Source: Nitrospirales bacterium (lineage in GTDB: Bacteria; Nitrospirota; Nitrospiria; Nitrospirales; UBA8639). Taken from it: a DNA stretch of 64,000 bases. Where the stretch lies: NCBI GenBank assembly GCA_963555755.3, contig OY820905.2, positions 1,856,001 to 1,920,000 of the forward strand, given 5' to 3'. Of this stretch, positions 1-10,540 are shown in pieces. Positions within the stretch are counted from its first letter, which is position 1, and each line of letters starts with the position of its first letter. Below the pieces are notes generated by a model. It was not told where the DNA came from and did not search any database. It saw only the letters and a list, made by a program, of their open reading frames with translations. Made by a program: the position numbers and the translations under genes.

Positions 1-689
1 TTCGCGGATTCACCAAACTCCTCCGGCATGTGACACGACTGGCAATTTTTTCCACTCTTTTGCGTCTTGGATTCCTGCCAGGGTCCCAGCAAATCAGGAA
101 GTTTTTCAAAGCCAGGCAGATTTTCATGACAGGTCACACAAAACTGGGATTGGCTATACAGCGATAGAGGAACGGATTGATGCGCTAAATTTTCTTCTGG
201 CTTTTTATAGCTCCCGAAGACAGTTCGTTCTAATTGGTATGTAGGATGCGGGGGATGCTGGGTCGGATCTACCGATTTAATCAAATGGCACTGAGAACAC
301 CCGACCCCATCCAACTGCGGATCACCTGATTCGACTTCTTTGATATACACTCCCGTGTGGTCAGGGTATTCTATGGTACTCGGGGCATGGCATCGGAAAC
401 ACATGGCACCTTCTTTGTCTTGTGTGGTTGCCCGATAGTGTTCCAACGACACGCGAAAAGGGGAACTCAAAATCGATCGGGATTGTGCCGATGCTTCCCA
501 TTCCTCAAACACGCGCAAGTGGCACCGTTTGCATTTCTGTGAGTGGGGATACGCCTTTTCCAGAGGTTTAGCTGGAGCCTTCCCCGCCGCCAACGTTTCG
601 GAGGCAGGAAGGTCGATGGTGACCACTAACAAGGCCGTGACCAAAAACAAGCCTGTCACCCAACAGAGTGCATGGAGAATTTTTCGCAT
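1..689 (-). CDS. multiheme cytochrome c (c554/c552-like), runs off the window edge
   Basis: Manual translation from the ATG at 689 gives MRKILHALCWVTGLFLV... (signal/TM segment), then CKRCH, CFRCH, CSQCH, CVTCH and CQSCH. Paralogous to the 1031-2401 gene. Confidence 0.85.
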   Translation of the reverse strand, partial: MRKILHALCWVTGLFLVTALLVVTIDLPASETLAAGKAPAKPLEKAYPHSQKCKRCHLRVFEEWEASAQSRSILSSPFRVSLEHYRATTQDKEGAMCFRCHAPSTIEYPDHTGVYIKEVESGDPQLDGVGCSQCHLIKSVDPTQHPPHPTYQLERTVFGSYKKPEENLAHQSVPLSLYSQSQFCVTCHENLPGFEKLPDLLGPWQESKTQKSGKNCQSCHMPEEFGESA

Positions 690-745
690 GAAGCGGACCT
701 TAATTCATCGTGTTATGTATGGAAAATGGTTTGGGCTTGGCTATT

Positions 746-1049
746 AGGGTTCGCGCAAGAATAACTTCAGGGCACCTCTAAAAACCGTCCTTTTCCGTGA
801 TGGCGGCGTCAGCCGCGTGCTCAACTCCTCATGTATTCGCCCATACACTCCGGTTTTCCGCGCGCGGCTTCCTTGCCCTCACAAAAAATGCCTGGTTTTT
901 AGAGGTGCCCTTCCTCTGTTTGGGCGTCGATCCATCCCGTCTGGCGGCGTTGCTCGTCCTTTCCATACGAGGAGTATGCGCAGTCCTCGCGCCTTGCCAG
1001 ACAGGCGTCTCAGCACCCCAACAGAGGAAGTTATTCTTGCGCGAACCCT
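746..1049. mobile_element. MITE (outer element) containing a nested second MITE
   Basis: Terminal inverted repeats agggttcgcgcaagaataacttc (746-768) and gaagttattcttgcgcgaaccct (1027-1049); no transposase. Confidence 0.75.
769..911. mobile_element. MITE (inner element)
   Basis: 18-bp TIRs agggcacctctaaaaacc / ggtttttagaggtgccct; about 143 bp. Confidence 0.8.
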
Positions 1050-2401
1050 AAGGACTTTGTCCGAAATGTTAAAAGTCGCTGTGAGGAATAATCCGAAACA
1101 ATCTGTTTGGCTTGTTCCTTTTCCCGTTCAGTTCCCAATGTCGCCAGATATCGATCAAGCAAATCCCGCCCAGGCTCAGGGATGAGCGCATAACTGAGAA
1201 CCGCTTCGACATAGCTGGGAGTCTGACCCTGTTTTACAGGAATTGAAAAAGGAACCCGGCGAGTAGTCCCGCCGCTGACCAGAGGATTTGGGATGGGACC
1301 TCGAAGTAACTTGTCAAAGGATAATCCAAAACGCTCTTGTGTTGTTCCCAATATATGTCCTTCGGCATTCTTGACGGTGACCGTCACAAAAAACTGTTTC
1401 AGCACAGGGTCTCCGCCCGGAAACATGTGCGGCAGGCTTCCATTTCGCACAAGCACTTTTCCCTCGACACGTCCACTGTTTTTTTGTATCTCAAGGTCAA
1501 CCCGAGGGAACCATTCCGCTTGCAAATTCCGATTGCTGAGCATGATCCCCGGAATCACAATCCCTTGAAACCAATGTCGCCCAATGGGCCGTGTCAAAGA
1601 GCCACGCTTTGAGGTGGAACTGCCCGTGGACTGTTCCATGTGGCAATCCTGACAAACCGTCCCTTTCAAAATTTGTCCTGGCAATTGGGCCTTGGTCACA
1701 TCTTTGACTTTACTAAAGTGGCAGGAGGCACAAAATTGAGCACCCTGATACACGTCAGCCTGTTTGGAAGGATGCACGAGGTTGTCTTTAGCATCTGTAT
1801 AGGGACCGAACAAGGTTTTTCCGACATGAATCTTAAAGGCCGGGAAGTCGGTAGGATTTTCTTTGACCGAATCAATCAGATGACAGGAAGAACAACTAAT
1901 CCCCTCGACACGGGCTTTTTTCGCGGCTCGTCTTCCTCGTCTTTTGGGCTGTTCCGACAGGACTTGAGCAATGATGTTTTTAGTATATTGAGGAAACACC
2001 GTTACCGCAGGAGCGTGGCATGCCAAGCACCGTGTTTGTTCTTCGACGGTCGGATTGGTTTGTAACCACAAACCAAGGACGGTTTTAAACACGGGAGAGG
2101 TGAGCGCGGTCCCATGCAACAACGCTCCATCCACGCGACCAAACGTTTTGAGGTCAGGGGTTTGCTCGCGCATCCCCTTCCATTCCTCGTAATGGCGATC
2201 ATGACATTGTTTGCAATGCTCTGACGGGAGAAAAACTTTTTCAATTTCTTCAATCCATGTGGGGCTGTCAGGGGCATTGGTATTATCCTGCGCCCTCACA
2301 GATGAAAGGGGGAACCAAAGGGCGACAATCAGAAAACCCAGGCCCCATTTGGGAAAGCTCAATGGAAATCCTCGAGCGTCAGATTTTCGAAAAGATGGCA
2401 T
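1031..2401 (-). CDS. pentaheme cytochrome c
   Basis: Signal peptide plus CKQCH, CLACH, CSSCH, CASCH and CQDCH. Confidence 0.85.
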   Translation of the reverse strand: MPSFRKSDARGFPLSFPKWGLGFLIVALWFPLSSVRAQDNTNAPDSPTWIEEIEKVFLPSEHCKQCHDRHYEEWKGMREQTPDLKTFGRVDGALLHGTALTSPVFKTVLGLWLQTNPTVEEQTRCLACHAPAVTVFPQYTKNIIAQVLSEQPKRRGRRAAKKARVEGISCSSCHLIDSVKENPTDFPAFKIHVGKTLFGPYTDAKDNLVHPSKQADVYQGAQFCASCHFSKVKDVTKAQLPGQILKGTVCQDCHMEQSTGSSTSKRGSLTRPIGRHWFQGIVIPGIMLSNRNLQAEWFPRVDLEIQKNSGRVEGKVLVRNGSLPHMFPGGDPVLKQFFVTVTVKNAEGHILGTTQERFGLSFDKLLRGPIPNPLVSGGTTRRVPFSIPVKQGQTPSYVEAVLSYALIPEPGRDLLDRYLATLGTEREKEQAKQIVSDYSSQRLLTFRTKSLGFAQE

Positions 2402-2408
2402 GCCCCCG

Positions 2409-2885
2409 CTAATCCTTTAGAACACGAACCATGTGGAAGTTCAATCCACCACTAATTCCCTGATCATCAACCCCAGCCGGTTCATAGGTGGCAACAGAGA
2501 AATTTTGGGTTGGCAAGGCTTGTTCTAACGCTCGCCCCAAGTCCAATAAATTCCTGACTTCTTTCCCATCGACTTCTTTGATAATGGCTTTGGTCCTAAT
2601 CCCCGCAAGGTCGGCCGGTGTGCTGCCGATCACCGCAAAGACCACCACACCTTCAGCCGTTGCCAATCCTAGAAACTCCTTGATCTCTTCATCAACCTCG
2701 CCGACATCCACACCAAACTCTTCGGCTAACTCGAAGGCCCGCTCTTCCGTCATTTCCTCAGTAGCTCCGAAGGACTGATGGGGAAAGGCCAGAGATCCAA
2801 TCATCAAGACACACAGGACAAATGATGGCAGTGTATGGAAACCGGGGAACCGTTGAGTAGGTGATGTCAGAAAAGCCGTTTTCAT
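2409..2885 (-). CDS. PDZ-domain protein, probably exported
   Basis: GVVVFAVIGSTPADLAGIRTKAIIKEVDG is a PDZ-type signature; hydrophobic N-terminal segment; start uncertain. Confidence 0.7.
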   Translation of the reverse strand: MKTAFLTSPTQRFPGFHTLPSFVLCVLMIGSLAFPHQSFGATEEMTEERAFELAEEFGVDVGEVDEEIKEFLGLATAEGVVVFAVIGSTPADLAGIRTKAIIKEVDGKEVRNLLDLGRALEQALPTQNFSVATYEPAGVDDQGISGGLNFHMVRVLKD

Positions 2886-2940
2886 GAGTTCGTTATTGTG
2901 ATGAAGTTTCAGTAGATGAGTGATCTGTTCATTCATTGTA

Positions 2941-3837
2941 TCATGATTTCTGTGAGGTAATCGGTCCGCCCAGGGGATCGACCAGTAATTGAAGCCAAGA
3001 GGCCACAGCCTTTTGGCCATTGCGTTCATTATTTTCGCCATTCCACACGGCAAATCCTACGGCTTGCATTCGACCAGGGATGAGCGTAGCTTCGTTTTCG
3101 TCTCCGCCGCCTGGTTTGGTCAATGGACGCTTCATGACCACTCGCCAAAACCCATTTTTCCATTCAGCCTGTCCTTTAATTTTCCCTTGACGCGCCTTAC
3201 TCGTGAGAGTACTAAACCCTCCCCCGATCAGATCTTCGACAGAAGATGGCCGTCGGGGAATCACTTCAAACCGTCGAATACCTCGTTTCCTTCGTTTCTT
3301 TTCCTTGGCCCGTGCAGCTCGACGATCCACGTCACTTTGCCAATCGGCCTTCCAATGCCAAATATTGACGTAGTGATCGAGTTGTCCCATACAGAAAAAG
3401 GCAGGTGCATCGCCTAACGGAAGCGCCACAGCTGCTCCATCACGAAAGACACCGGGGGTTAATTTCTCATTTTTGGTAGCATCCTGCCACTCGATTAAAA
3501 ACGAGATGTCTTTTCCATTATGCATAGATCGGACGGAAACCACTTTGGCGCTTGGCTCAGGCCAGACAGGCCGCGTGATAATTTGTCCACTGAGCGGAAT
3601 CGGAATTGGGGCTAGTGTTTCCCAGGCCTGATCGGAGGGATAGGAAGGAATAACTCCTTCACGGAAATGGGAACGGATGAAAATGCCTTGGCTACTGACG
3701 ACCGGGATCTCAAACCAGCCTAACACCATGGCGGTGAGGACAATTCCCAGCCCCGTCGCAATCAGAGAGCGTGTCCAATGTCGTCGTGACTTCACGCCAT
3801 ACCTTTCCGGTAAGGGCATTAGGTGGGAACGCCCCAT
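2941..3837 (-). CDS. ethylbenzene-dehydrogenase gamma-like heme-b protein (NxrC-like)
   Basis: Motifs WQDATKN...FRDGAAV...CMGQ...VNIWHWKA...FAVWNGENNERNGQK; paralog of 10541-11494. Confidence 0.75.
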   Translation of the reverse strand: MGRSHLMPLPERYGVKSRRHWTRSLIATGLGIVLTAMVLGWFEIPVVSSQGIFIRSHFREGVIPSYPSDQAWETLAPIPIPLSGQIITRPVWPEPSAKVVSVRSMHNGKDISFLIEWQDATKNEKLTPGVFRDGAAVALPLGDAPAFFCMGQLDHYVNIWHWKADWQSDVDRRAARAKEKKRRKRGIRRFEVIPRRPSSVEDLIGGGFSTLTSKARQGKIKGQAEWKNGFWRVVMKRPLTKPGGGDENEATLIPGRMQAVGFAVWNGENNERNGQKAVASWLQLLVDPLGGPITSQKS

Positions 3838-3891
3838 TTCTGAACGTGACCGATGAAGGAGTAGGGATGTTAGGAGACTGATGACGATATC

Positions 3892-5154
3892 TTACCAGAG
3901 TTTGACTCGACGAATCTTATTTTCATTCCGTTCACAGATATACAGATAGCCTTGTGGGTCAAGCGCTAACCCGGACGGGGAAAACACGACCGCATCAATG
4001 GCCATGCTCCCATCCCCATGTTTCACCATTCCGGTTTCTTCTTTGGCGACAAATCGCGCGGCTCCACACCCACCCATATTTTTGTCATCATAGCCGCTAT
4101 CCCCATTGCCGGCTATTGTTGTTATCATACCGGTAGTGGGGTCAACTTTGCGAACACGATGATTCATGGAATCGGCGATATAGACATTTCCCTCATGATC
4201 CACAATGGCTGCTTCAGGAACGTTCAGCATCGACTTCACACCGAGTTTATCATCTCCATCATAGCCAAATCGGCATACGCCCGCGACCGTGGAGATTATT
4301 CCGGTCTTCATATTCACTTTTCGAATCCGATTGCTGGCCTTATCCGTGAGATAGAGGTCACCCTGCTCATCGACAGAAATCGACACGATGTCCCACAGTT
4401 TTGCTTCCAAGGCAGGTTGTCCATCATCGAGGTAGGGGGTCAAGTCCAAATTGTCTGAACATTGGGGCCGAAGCCACCCTTGGTCATCACTAAAATCAAT
4501 CCCGATGGCATCTCCAGATAACACCACGAGATTCTGAGCAGTCAATGGGCTAATCCAGTCTTCGTCTACCCCGGTCCAGGTACCCGCTACCGTGGTGACC
4601 ATCTCTGTTTTGGGGTCGTACTTGCGAATTCGGTGGGCTTGCGTATCGGCAATGTACAAATTATCATCCTGATCAAAAGCAATGAATCCGGGATAGGTCA
4701 AATTCACCTCTAAGGCTGGGCCATCACCGTTAAACCCTGAGGGACCTGCGCCGACTACCGTCGTGATGATATCCGTTTTGTGATCCACTTTCCGAATACG
4801 ATTGCTTCCTGAATCACAGATAAACAGATCATTGTGTGAGTCCACCGCGATACTCAGAGGAAGGTAGAGTCCGGCTTCACCACACGGTCCATAGTCGCCG
4901 CAGTACAAGGTTTCGCCAATGCCGGCATAGTTGTGAATCCGACCGGTTTCCAAATCCACACGGCGGATACGATCCGATCCGTTTTCCGCGATATACATCC
5001 AGCGCCCCTCTTTATCCAAACAAATATGATTCGGCAGAGGGATCCCCGCTTTGACGGCTCGTTTGCCATCTCCGGTGCTTCGAGATTTCCCATTTCCGGC
5101 AAACGTTTCAATTTTTCCAAGGGTTGATTCGACTGATTCTACACTGGTTTCCAT
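3892..5154 (-). CDS. NHL-repeat (beta-propeller) protein
   Basis: Repeated YIAD/ExxxxRIRKVD..TG.ITTVAG units; start METSVES has an AGGAG RBS. Confidence 0.85.
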   Translation of the reverse strand: METSVESVESTLGKIETFAGNGKSRSTGDGKRAVKAGIPLPNHICLDKEGRWMYIAENGSDRIRRVDLETGRIHNYAGIGETLYCGDYGPCGEAGLYLPLSIAVDSHNDLFICDSGSNRIRKVDHKTDIITTVVGAGPSGFNGDGPALEVNLTYPGFIAFDQDDNLYIADTQAHRIRKYDPKTEMVTTVAGTWTGVDEDWISPLTAQNLVVLSGDAIGIDFSDDQGWLRPQCSDNLDLTPYLDDGQPALEAKLWDIVSISVDEQGDLYLTDKASNRIRKVNMKTGIISTVAGVCRFGYDGDDKLGVKSMLNVPEAAIVDHEGNVYIADSMNHRVRKVDPTTGMITTIAGNGDSGYDDKNMGGCGAARFVAKEETGMVKHGDGSMAIDAVVFSPSGLALDPQGYLYICERNENKIRRVKLW

Positions 5155-5355
5155 TCCATACTCCTCTTGAGAGATTGTTGAAAGGTCTGGCCAAATTGTC
5201 TCCCATAGGCCAAAATTGAATCCCCCATGCCCCTCTCCTTCGTCGAAATTGTGACAAAGCCAGAACAGAACATGGGTTTGAACCGAAAACCTTTGCGCAC
5301 CTTCTACCAACCCTGATCGTACGCCACGCTCATACCGCTAACCGATATGAGTGCT

Positions 5356-5694
5356 TTACACCTTGGAGGTTTGGACCGGTTCAGGCTGAGCCACTTGTGC
5401 TGGGGGAACCGAGGCCATCGGATCCGACTGTGATGCGGGGGCCACTTGTAAAGAAATCTGACTCGGGTCCTGTGCCGGCTGCTCTGTCGCCATGGCTGGT
5501 TGAGCCTGATTTTTTTCCTCAGCAAGCACCTGGGCTTCCGCTTCAATCTCATTGGCTTCATGAACCGATTTCTTAAAACCTCTGATCGCTTTTCCCACGC
5601 CCTCACCCAATTGGGGCAACTTGCCTGCTCCAAATATGATCAGGACAATAACCAGAATCAACACCAGTTCTGTAATTCCTAAACTCCCAAACAT
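5356..5694 (-). CDS. tatA: twin-arginine translocase subunit TatA
   Basis: [42 protein letters not shown]. Confidence 0.95.
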   Translation of the reverse strand: MFGSLGITELVLILVIVLIIFGAGKLPQLGEGVGKAIRGFKKSVHEANEIEAEAQVLAEEKNQAQPAMATEQPAQDPSQISLQVAPASQSDPMASVPPAQVAQPEPVQTSKV

Positions 5695-5722
5695 GATATA
5701 GGTCTCCTTTTGAGGCTAAAAA

Positions 5723-6562
5723 CTAACCTGGACTTTTCTCTTTTGACCGTTTCGCAAACCGCTGTTTCAATCGCTGGCGAGCCTCCTCCGCCTGGTCAAA
5801 CATTTTACACTTTTCATACGTATTGATGAGATTGTAATACGCCAAGGGTTCGTCCGGGCTATGATCCACAGCGTCTTCCATAATCTTCACGGCCATATCG
5901 CTCTTTTTCAGCGTAAAGGAAATGTCCATTAATTTGAAACTGGACTCTAAATGCGCGGGATCGAATTCCAACACCTTCATGTAGGCTTGGACAGCCATAT
6001 CCAGCGTATTAAAGTCGGAGACCTGCGGATTATCCAATTGTTCATACACCCCTGCCAGATTATACCAGGCAATCGGATCCTCTGGAGTAATTTCAATTAA
6101 TCGCTCAAAGTAATCCTTGGCCAGCATATACTCTTTTTTCTCACTTTGCAGTCTTCCCAAATTGAACAACGACAACACATCATGGTTATTCAACTCTAAG
6201 GCTCGTTCAAACTGAGGACGTGCATCATCCATCATGCCCTTCGTCCCGTAAATTGTACCAAGGTTGGAGTAATACATGGCGAGTGACCGATCCATTTCGA
6301 CCCTCAATCCCTCGGCCATTTCAATGGCTTTTTTGACCTCGGTCAGCGCTTCATCCATCCGACCTTTGCCAAAATATAATTCTCCGAGCCGACATCGAGC
6401 CTGAAAGTCATCCGGCTCTTCACTTAACAGCTTCTCCAGCTCTATGATTTCCTGATCTGGTGTCAGTTGTTCCTCTTGTGCGGGAGGATTTTCTGACACA
6501 GTGCTTTCCGTTTCGGCTGCGACTTCTTGTTGTTGTTCCATTGTTTCCACGCGTCCTCTCAA
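5723..6562 (-). CDS. tetratricopeptide-repeat protein
   Basis: Several TPR-like helical repeats (YYSNLGTIY, AWYNLAGVY, AYYNLINTY). Confidence 0.85.
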   Translation of the reverse strand: MRGRVETMEQQQEVAAETESTVSENPPAQEEQLTPDQEIIELEKLLSEEPDDFQARCRLGELYFGKGRMDEALTEVKKAIEMAEGLRVEMDRSLAMYYSNLGTIYGTKGMMDDARPQFERALELNNHDVLSLFNLGRLQSEKKEYMLAKDYFERLIEITPEDPIAWYNLAGVYEQLDNPQVSDFNTLDMAVQAYMKVLEFDPAHLESSFKLMDISFTLKKSDMAVKIMEDAVDHSPDEPLAYYNLINTYEKCKMFDQAEEARQRLKQRFAKRSKEKSPG

Positions 6563-7683
6563 CGTATTCCGCCCAACACAGGGGTACCCGGGGAATACAC
6601 CACAGGTTCTCCGATTTTGTTTCTCAACTTCCCTAACGTTCCACGCTTATCAATCGTCATGAGGATCAGCCCCACGACCACCATCATTGTTAAATGTGAT
6701 AATTGAAGAGCATACCCAGCCATAAACATTAACCCAAGACCATACCCTGCCAGCCGTCCAATCAGCACTAATTTTATCACGGTGTAGGCCCAACAGGTAA
6801 AGCCCGCTAGATACAACGCAAATGGCAAATAAAAGGTGTAGCCCATTCCCATTTGGAACACCCAACCAAGTCCCTGTCCTGCTTTTCTCGCATCCTCGGC
6901 AAGTGCCGGGTTATACAGCGACAAGAAAAAGTCAATATACAGCATCGTAAAAAAGGTGATGCCTCCACTGGCGAGAAGAGTCAGGGCCCACTTCCGTTGG
7001 GTTTTATTCTTTGTAAAGAGTGAGGTACTCCCATATGACCAGAAGACGAGAATACTGGCCAACACCATAAACGCTTCCCCTCCTCGACTGATTTCATGAA
7101 CGAGCGGTGGGGCATCGAGTATTCCGAGGAGTCCATACGAAGTCGTGACCGTTTGATAATAGATCCACCCAAAAATCCCAAGTACAAAGCACCCAACCGT
7201 GATACGTTGGCTCCACAAACGATGGGACACAAAAAATTCGGCCATGAGGATTAATAAAATCGCCAACGAGACGATGTTATAAATAACAGATCCCAACATG
7301 GCTGGGGGAAACACCAAAAAGACGATGGTGATGACAATGAGGAGGGATACGGATGGCACTAACAGGCGATCAAAGCTCCCAGTCCAAATCGATGGTTTGA
7401 ACTTTTCAATCAGCAAAATAAATAACACTAAAAAGAGCAAAATTGAGGTGACATTGAGCAGGACGAAACCTAGGGAAGAGAGGGTTTTAAACGTCAGGCG
7501 AATGGCTTCAGACTTTTCAGCCAGCTTGGCCATATGCATACCCATCCGTGACGCCAACCGGTAGAGCACCAACTCTAAAAACGCGGAGATCAGAAGAAAC
7601 TTTAAGGCATACTCAAAGAGCAAACTCGGATTTCCCGACCGACCAGAATCTTTTGCTGGTGTCGCCACTCCCATGACATCCAT
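6559..7683 (-). CDS. polytopic membrane protein of unknown function
   Basis: 374 aa with many hydrophobic segments; overlaps the downstream gene. Confidence 0.75.
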   Translation of the reverse strand: MDVMGVATPAKDSGRSGNPSLLFEYALKFLLISAFLELVLYRLASRMGMHMAKLAEKSEAIRLTFKTLSSLGFVLLNVTSILLFLVLFILLIEKFKPSIWTGSFDRLLVPSVSLLIVITIVFLVFPPAMLGSVIYNIVSLAILLILMAEFFVSHRLWSQRITVGCFVLGIFGWIYYQTVTTSYGLLGILDAPPLVHEISRGGEAFMVLASILVFWSYGSTSLFTKNKTQRKWALTLLASGGITFFTMLYIDFFLSLYNPALAEDARKAGQGLGWVFQMGMGYTFYLPFALYLAGFTCWAYTVIKLVLIGRLAGYGLGLMFMAGYALQLSHLTMMVVVGLILMTIDKRGTLGKLRNKIGEPVVYSPGTPVLGGIR

Positions 7684-7752
7684 GAAACGCTCACACTCTC
7701 TTTCGTGTTAAGACCCTACCAAGGCATTTCACTTTTCCATTCACACGCAGCC

Positions 7753-9537
7753 TCATGAAACCGTGGAAAACTCCGCGGCATGTTGTTTTTTATGTCGCGC
7801 AATATAGAGAAGCCCATCGGCCATCGAATAATTAAACGGCAACTCAACCACTACTTCACTAATTTTTCCATAGATATATTGGTACAACTTTTCTGCCTCT
7901 TCCGGAGTCATTCCTTCCTTCACTTCATAGAAAAACCCAAGACTTAAATCTTCTGCAGCAGGGCGCATGATTCGCTGAACCCCATAGCCTCCGGGGTCGC
8001 TCATAATTGGGGCTTCCTTTTCGAGGTCGAACAAACAGGGCTGACAAGAAAAGCCATAGGAGGAATTCAACTTGGTCGTATCCACAATAAAATTCATGGT
8101 CTCCAACGCTTCTTCCTCGGTTTCGGTTGGGAAACCGACGATGACATAACAATGCACGGCGATGCCCAGATCAACACAATCGAAACAAATCCGGTCTACG
8201 CTCTCCTGTTTTATGCCCTTCTGCATAAAGTCCATCATGCGCTTGTTATAGGTTTCTAACCCAAAGACGATCTTATGACACCCGGCATCTCGCAATTGGG
8301 TGAGTAAATCGTGTGAAAGGTTTTTCTCAAATCGAAATTCCGCTGTCCATTGGATATCAAACTCACGATTGATGATTTCTTTACACAGCCGGCGAGCAGG
8401 GGATAAGGCTAGGCATTCGTCCGTAAAAAAGAAAAATGGCGTATCATATTTTTTTGAAAGGTGTTGTAATTCATCAACGACTTTCGCCGGATCTTTTTGC
8501 CGAAAATTTTGATGATCAAGCGTCAGCGCACAGAACGCGCAATCTTTGTAATAACAGCCTCGAGAAAATTGAACCGGCAGGACCGTTGTGGGCGCAAGAT
8601 AGCGATCCAGAGGAAATCCATCGTAATTAGGGGCAGGATGCTGGGATAAATTTTCAGAATAAAATGGTTGATTGACAATAACTTTTCCATCTTGTCGATA
8701 AATCAAATTAGGCACTTTGGCAAAATTCTTGTGCCCATCTAATTGATTCACGAGTTCAAGAAGCGCGGTTTCCCCTTCAAAGACAATGAAGTCATCCATG
8801 AGCTGAAACAACCGTTCACATTTGCGTAAATTGTCTACAAGACGGGTAAAAATGCTGCCCCCGATGGTTATATGAATATCAGGATTCGCTTCCTTAATGA
8901 GCCGACTCAGGGTGAGACCTGGAATGATTTGGGAAGTGGCTGTAATGGAAATACCAATAAGGTCAGGTTGCTCCCCGATAATAGATTGCAAAAAATATTG
9001 CCGATAGAGTTCGATATAGGGATTCTGTCCTTCGTCTTTTACCGCTTTTAAAATATCTCTGGAGGAATAAATGGAGTAGCTGAGTTGGTTGTCGACCACG
9101 GTCAATCTGGTCGGGAAGTAAATTGCTGACACCACCTCCAACCAACGATCAATCAGAAAGAGACATTCACGATATCGATCGATATCGTAAAAATCTTCAC
9201 TTCTGAGAGAAGCTTTGGCGGGTTCAATAGCATCGATCAAATGGGGAAAGCGGTCTAGGGCTTCAACAATTCTCCCATAATGCTCATCGCTCCCATGCCC
9301 GAATTCACCATCTCGTGACTGTTCGAGTTGCTTCAGTTTTTCCACTAAACGTTCATACACATCCAACCCATACGTTCGGGAAAGAATGGTATCGAGCATT
9401 TCAATATTTAAATCACGTTGGCTATTATCCTTAATCCCAGCTTGATCAAGGAAAGCGGTCAAACAGGGAAGGCTTAAATACGGTTGGGAGGGATGCCAAC
9501 TTGGTGGAAATAACAGAGACACTTTCACAGGCGTCAC
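7753..9537 (-). CDS. B12-binding-domain radical SAM protein
   Basis: N-terminal cobalamin-binding-like region (PDLIGIS...HITIGG...FEGE) and RGCYYKDCAFC cluster motif. Confidence 0.85.
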   Translation of the reverse strand: MTPVKVSLLFPPSWHPSQPYLSLPCLTAFLDQAGIKDNSQRDLNIEMLDTILSRTYGLDVYERLVEKLKQLEQSRDGEFGHGSDEHYGRIVEALDRFPHLIDAIEPAKASLRSEDFYDIDRYRECLFLIDRWLEVVSAIYFPTRLTVVDNQLSYSIYSSRDILKAVKDEGQNPYIELYRQYFLQSIIGEQPDLIGISITATSQIIPGLTLSRLIKEANPDIHITIGGSIFTRLVDNLRKCERLFQLMDDFIVFEGETALLELVNQLDGHKNFAKVPNLIYRQDGKVIVNQPFYSENLSQHPAPNYDGFPLDRYLAPTTVLPVQFSRGCYYKDCAFCALTLDHQNFRQKDPAKVVDELQHLSKKYDTPFFFFTDECLALSPARRLCKEIINREFDIQWTAEFRFEKNLSHDLLTQLRDAGCHKIVFGLETYNKRMMDFMQKGIKQESVDRICFDCVDLGIAVHCYVIVGFPTETEEEALETMNFIVDTTKLNSSYGFSCQPCLFDLEKEAPIMSDPGGYGVQRIMRPAAEDLSLGFFYEVKEGMTPEEAEKLYQYIYGKISEVVVELPFNYSMADGLLYIARHKKQHAAEFSTVS

Positions 9538-10276
9538 CTTTAAATTATGTTGAGCGGTCCTTAAAAATTTTCCCGGTTATTTTCGACTATTGCACTTTGC
9601 CAAAAACGGGAAAAAACTTTCCAAATCAAAGAAAAAGATTAGCCTTAACCTTCTTAATCCTTATACACGGCCACAGGTTTCCCACGCAACTTTCAACCCC
9701 AAAACACGTACCATGGCAACTTGCCGGGTAATCCTTCGGGAGGTTCAGGACGAACGTGGTGCCGTGTCAGTCACCAGGTTGGGGAAAGTCAGTTCGTCCT
9801 TCGGCAGGCCTGCCTGAGCGAGGCCACGGGAATCAGAAAAAGCCCATGAGGGCCGCGATCACAACGGTAGCCGAAAGGATCAGATATTGCGAGCTGGCGT
9901 TTTTGGGCTCAAGAAACCTACAGTTATTGATATTCTTAAACCGATCCCCTCCCAAACAAACAATTTTTCAGTTTTTCATACAATACTCATTCATAGTATT
10001 GGGAAAACCTTGATTTCAACCGTAAAACAAAAAAATGCAAGTTGGATCATAACAATTCGCTCAACCTCTTGCCGCGTCTGACATAATAAAAAAATGTCTT
10101 ATGACAATCAAGGTCATCCAGATTTTTTTTATTTCACCATGCCCAGCAATATCTTACACAGCTGGTTTTCACCCAACTACCGTTTCTAGGTTAAAACCGA
10201 CAAGCAATGGGACTGTTGAATATTTCACTCAAATGGCAAATAAATGCCCAAGAGGAGACAGCCATCAGTAGCTGAA

Positions 10277-10422
10277 GGGAATGTTCAAAAAAGCATGCCC
10301 TGAGTCCTTCCGAAGGGTCTATCCAGCAAGGCCGCAGCCCTTTTGACGCGCGGAGCGTACATGGAGTACGTGAGCACGGCAAAAGGGCGAGAACGCCGCT
10401 GGCGGCTTTTTTCAACATTCCC
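10277..10422. mobile_element. MITE family A copy carrying an empty IS110 target hairpin
   Basis: TIRs gggaatgttcaaaaaagc / gcttttttcaacattccc; near-identical to the sequence flanking the IS110 (37133-38492). Confidence 0.85.
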
Positions 10423-10446
10423 GCAATCGATATATGGTAATTGAGC

Positions 10447-10493
10447 AAAAAGAACCCTGGCAGCCCATTTTTAATTGGGCCACCAGGGTTTTT
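10447..10493 (-). terminator. probable intrinsic terminator
   Basis: Imperfect hairpin aaccctgg...gccc / gggc...ccagggtt flanked by A/T runs, downstream of the 10541-11494 gene. Confidence 0.55.
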
Positions 10494-10540
10494 ACCTGCT
10501 TTATGATCTACCAAAAAGACTTATGAAAATTCAGCTGTCT

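Noticed and set aside
9700..9980. GC-rich intergenic stretch upstream of the radical SAM gene considered as a riboswitch, 6S RNA or pseudogene
   Set aside because: I could not recognise conserved motifs of any RNA family, and the short hydrophobic minus-strand frame is broken. An Rfam scan would be needed.
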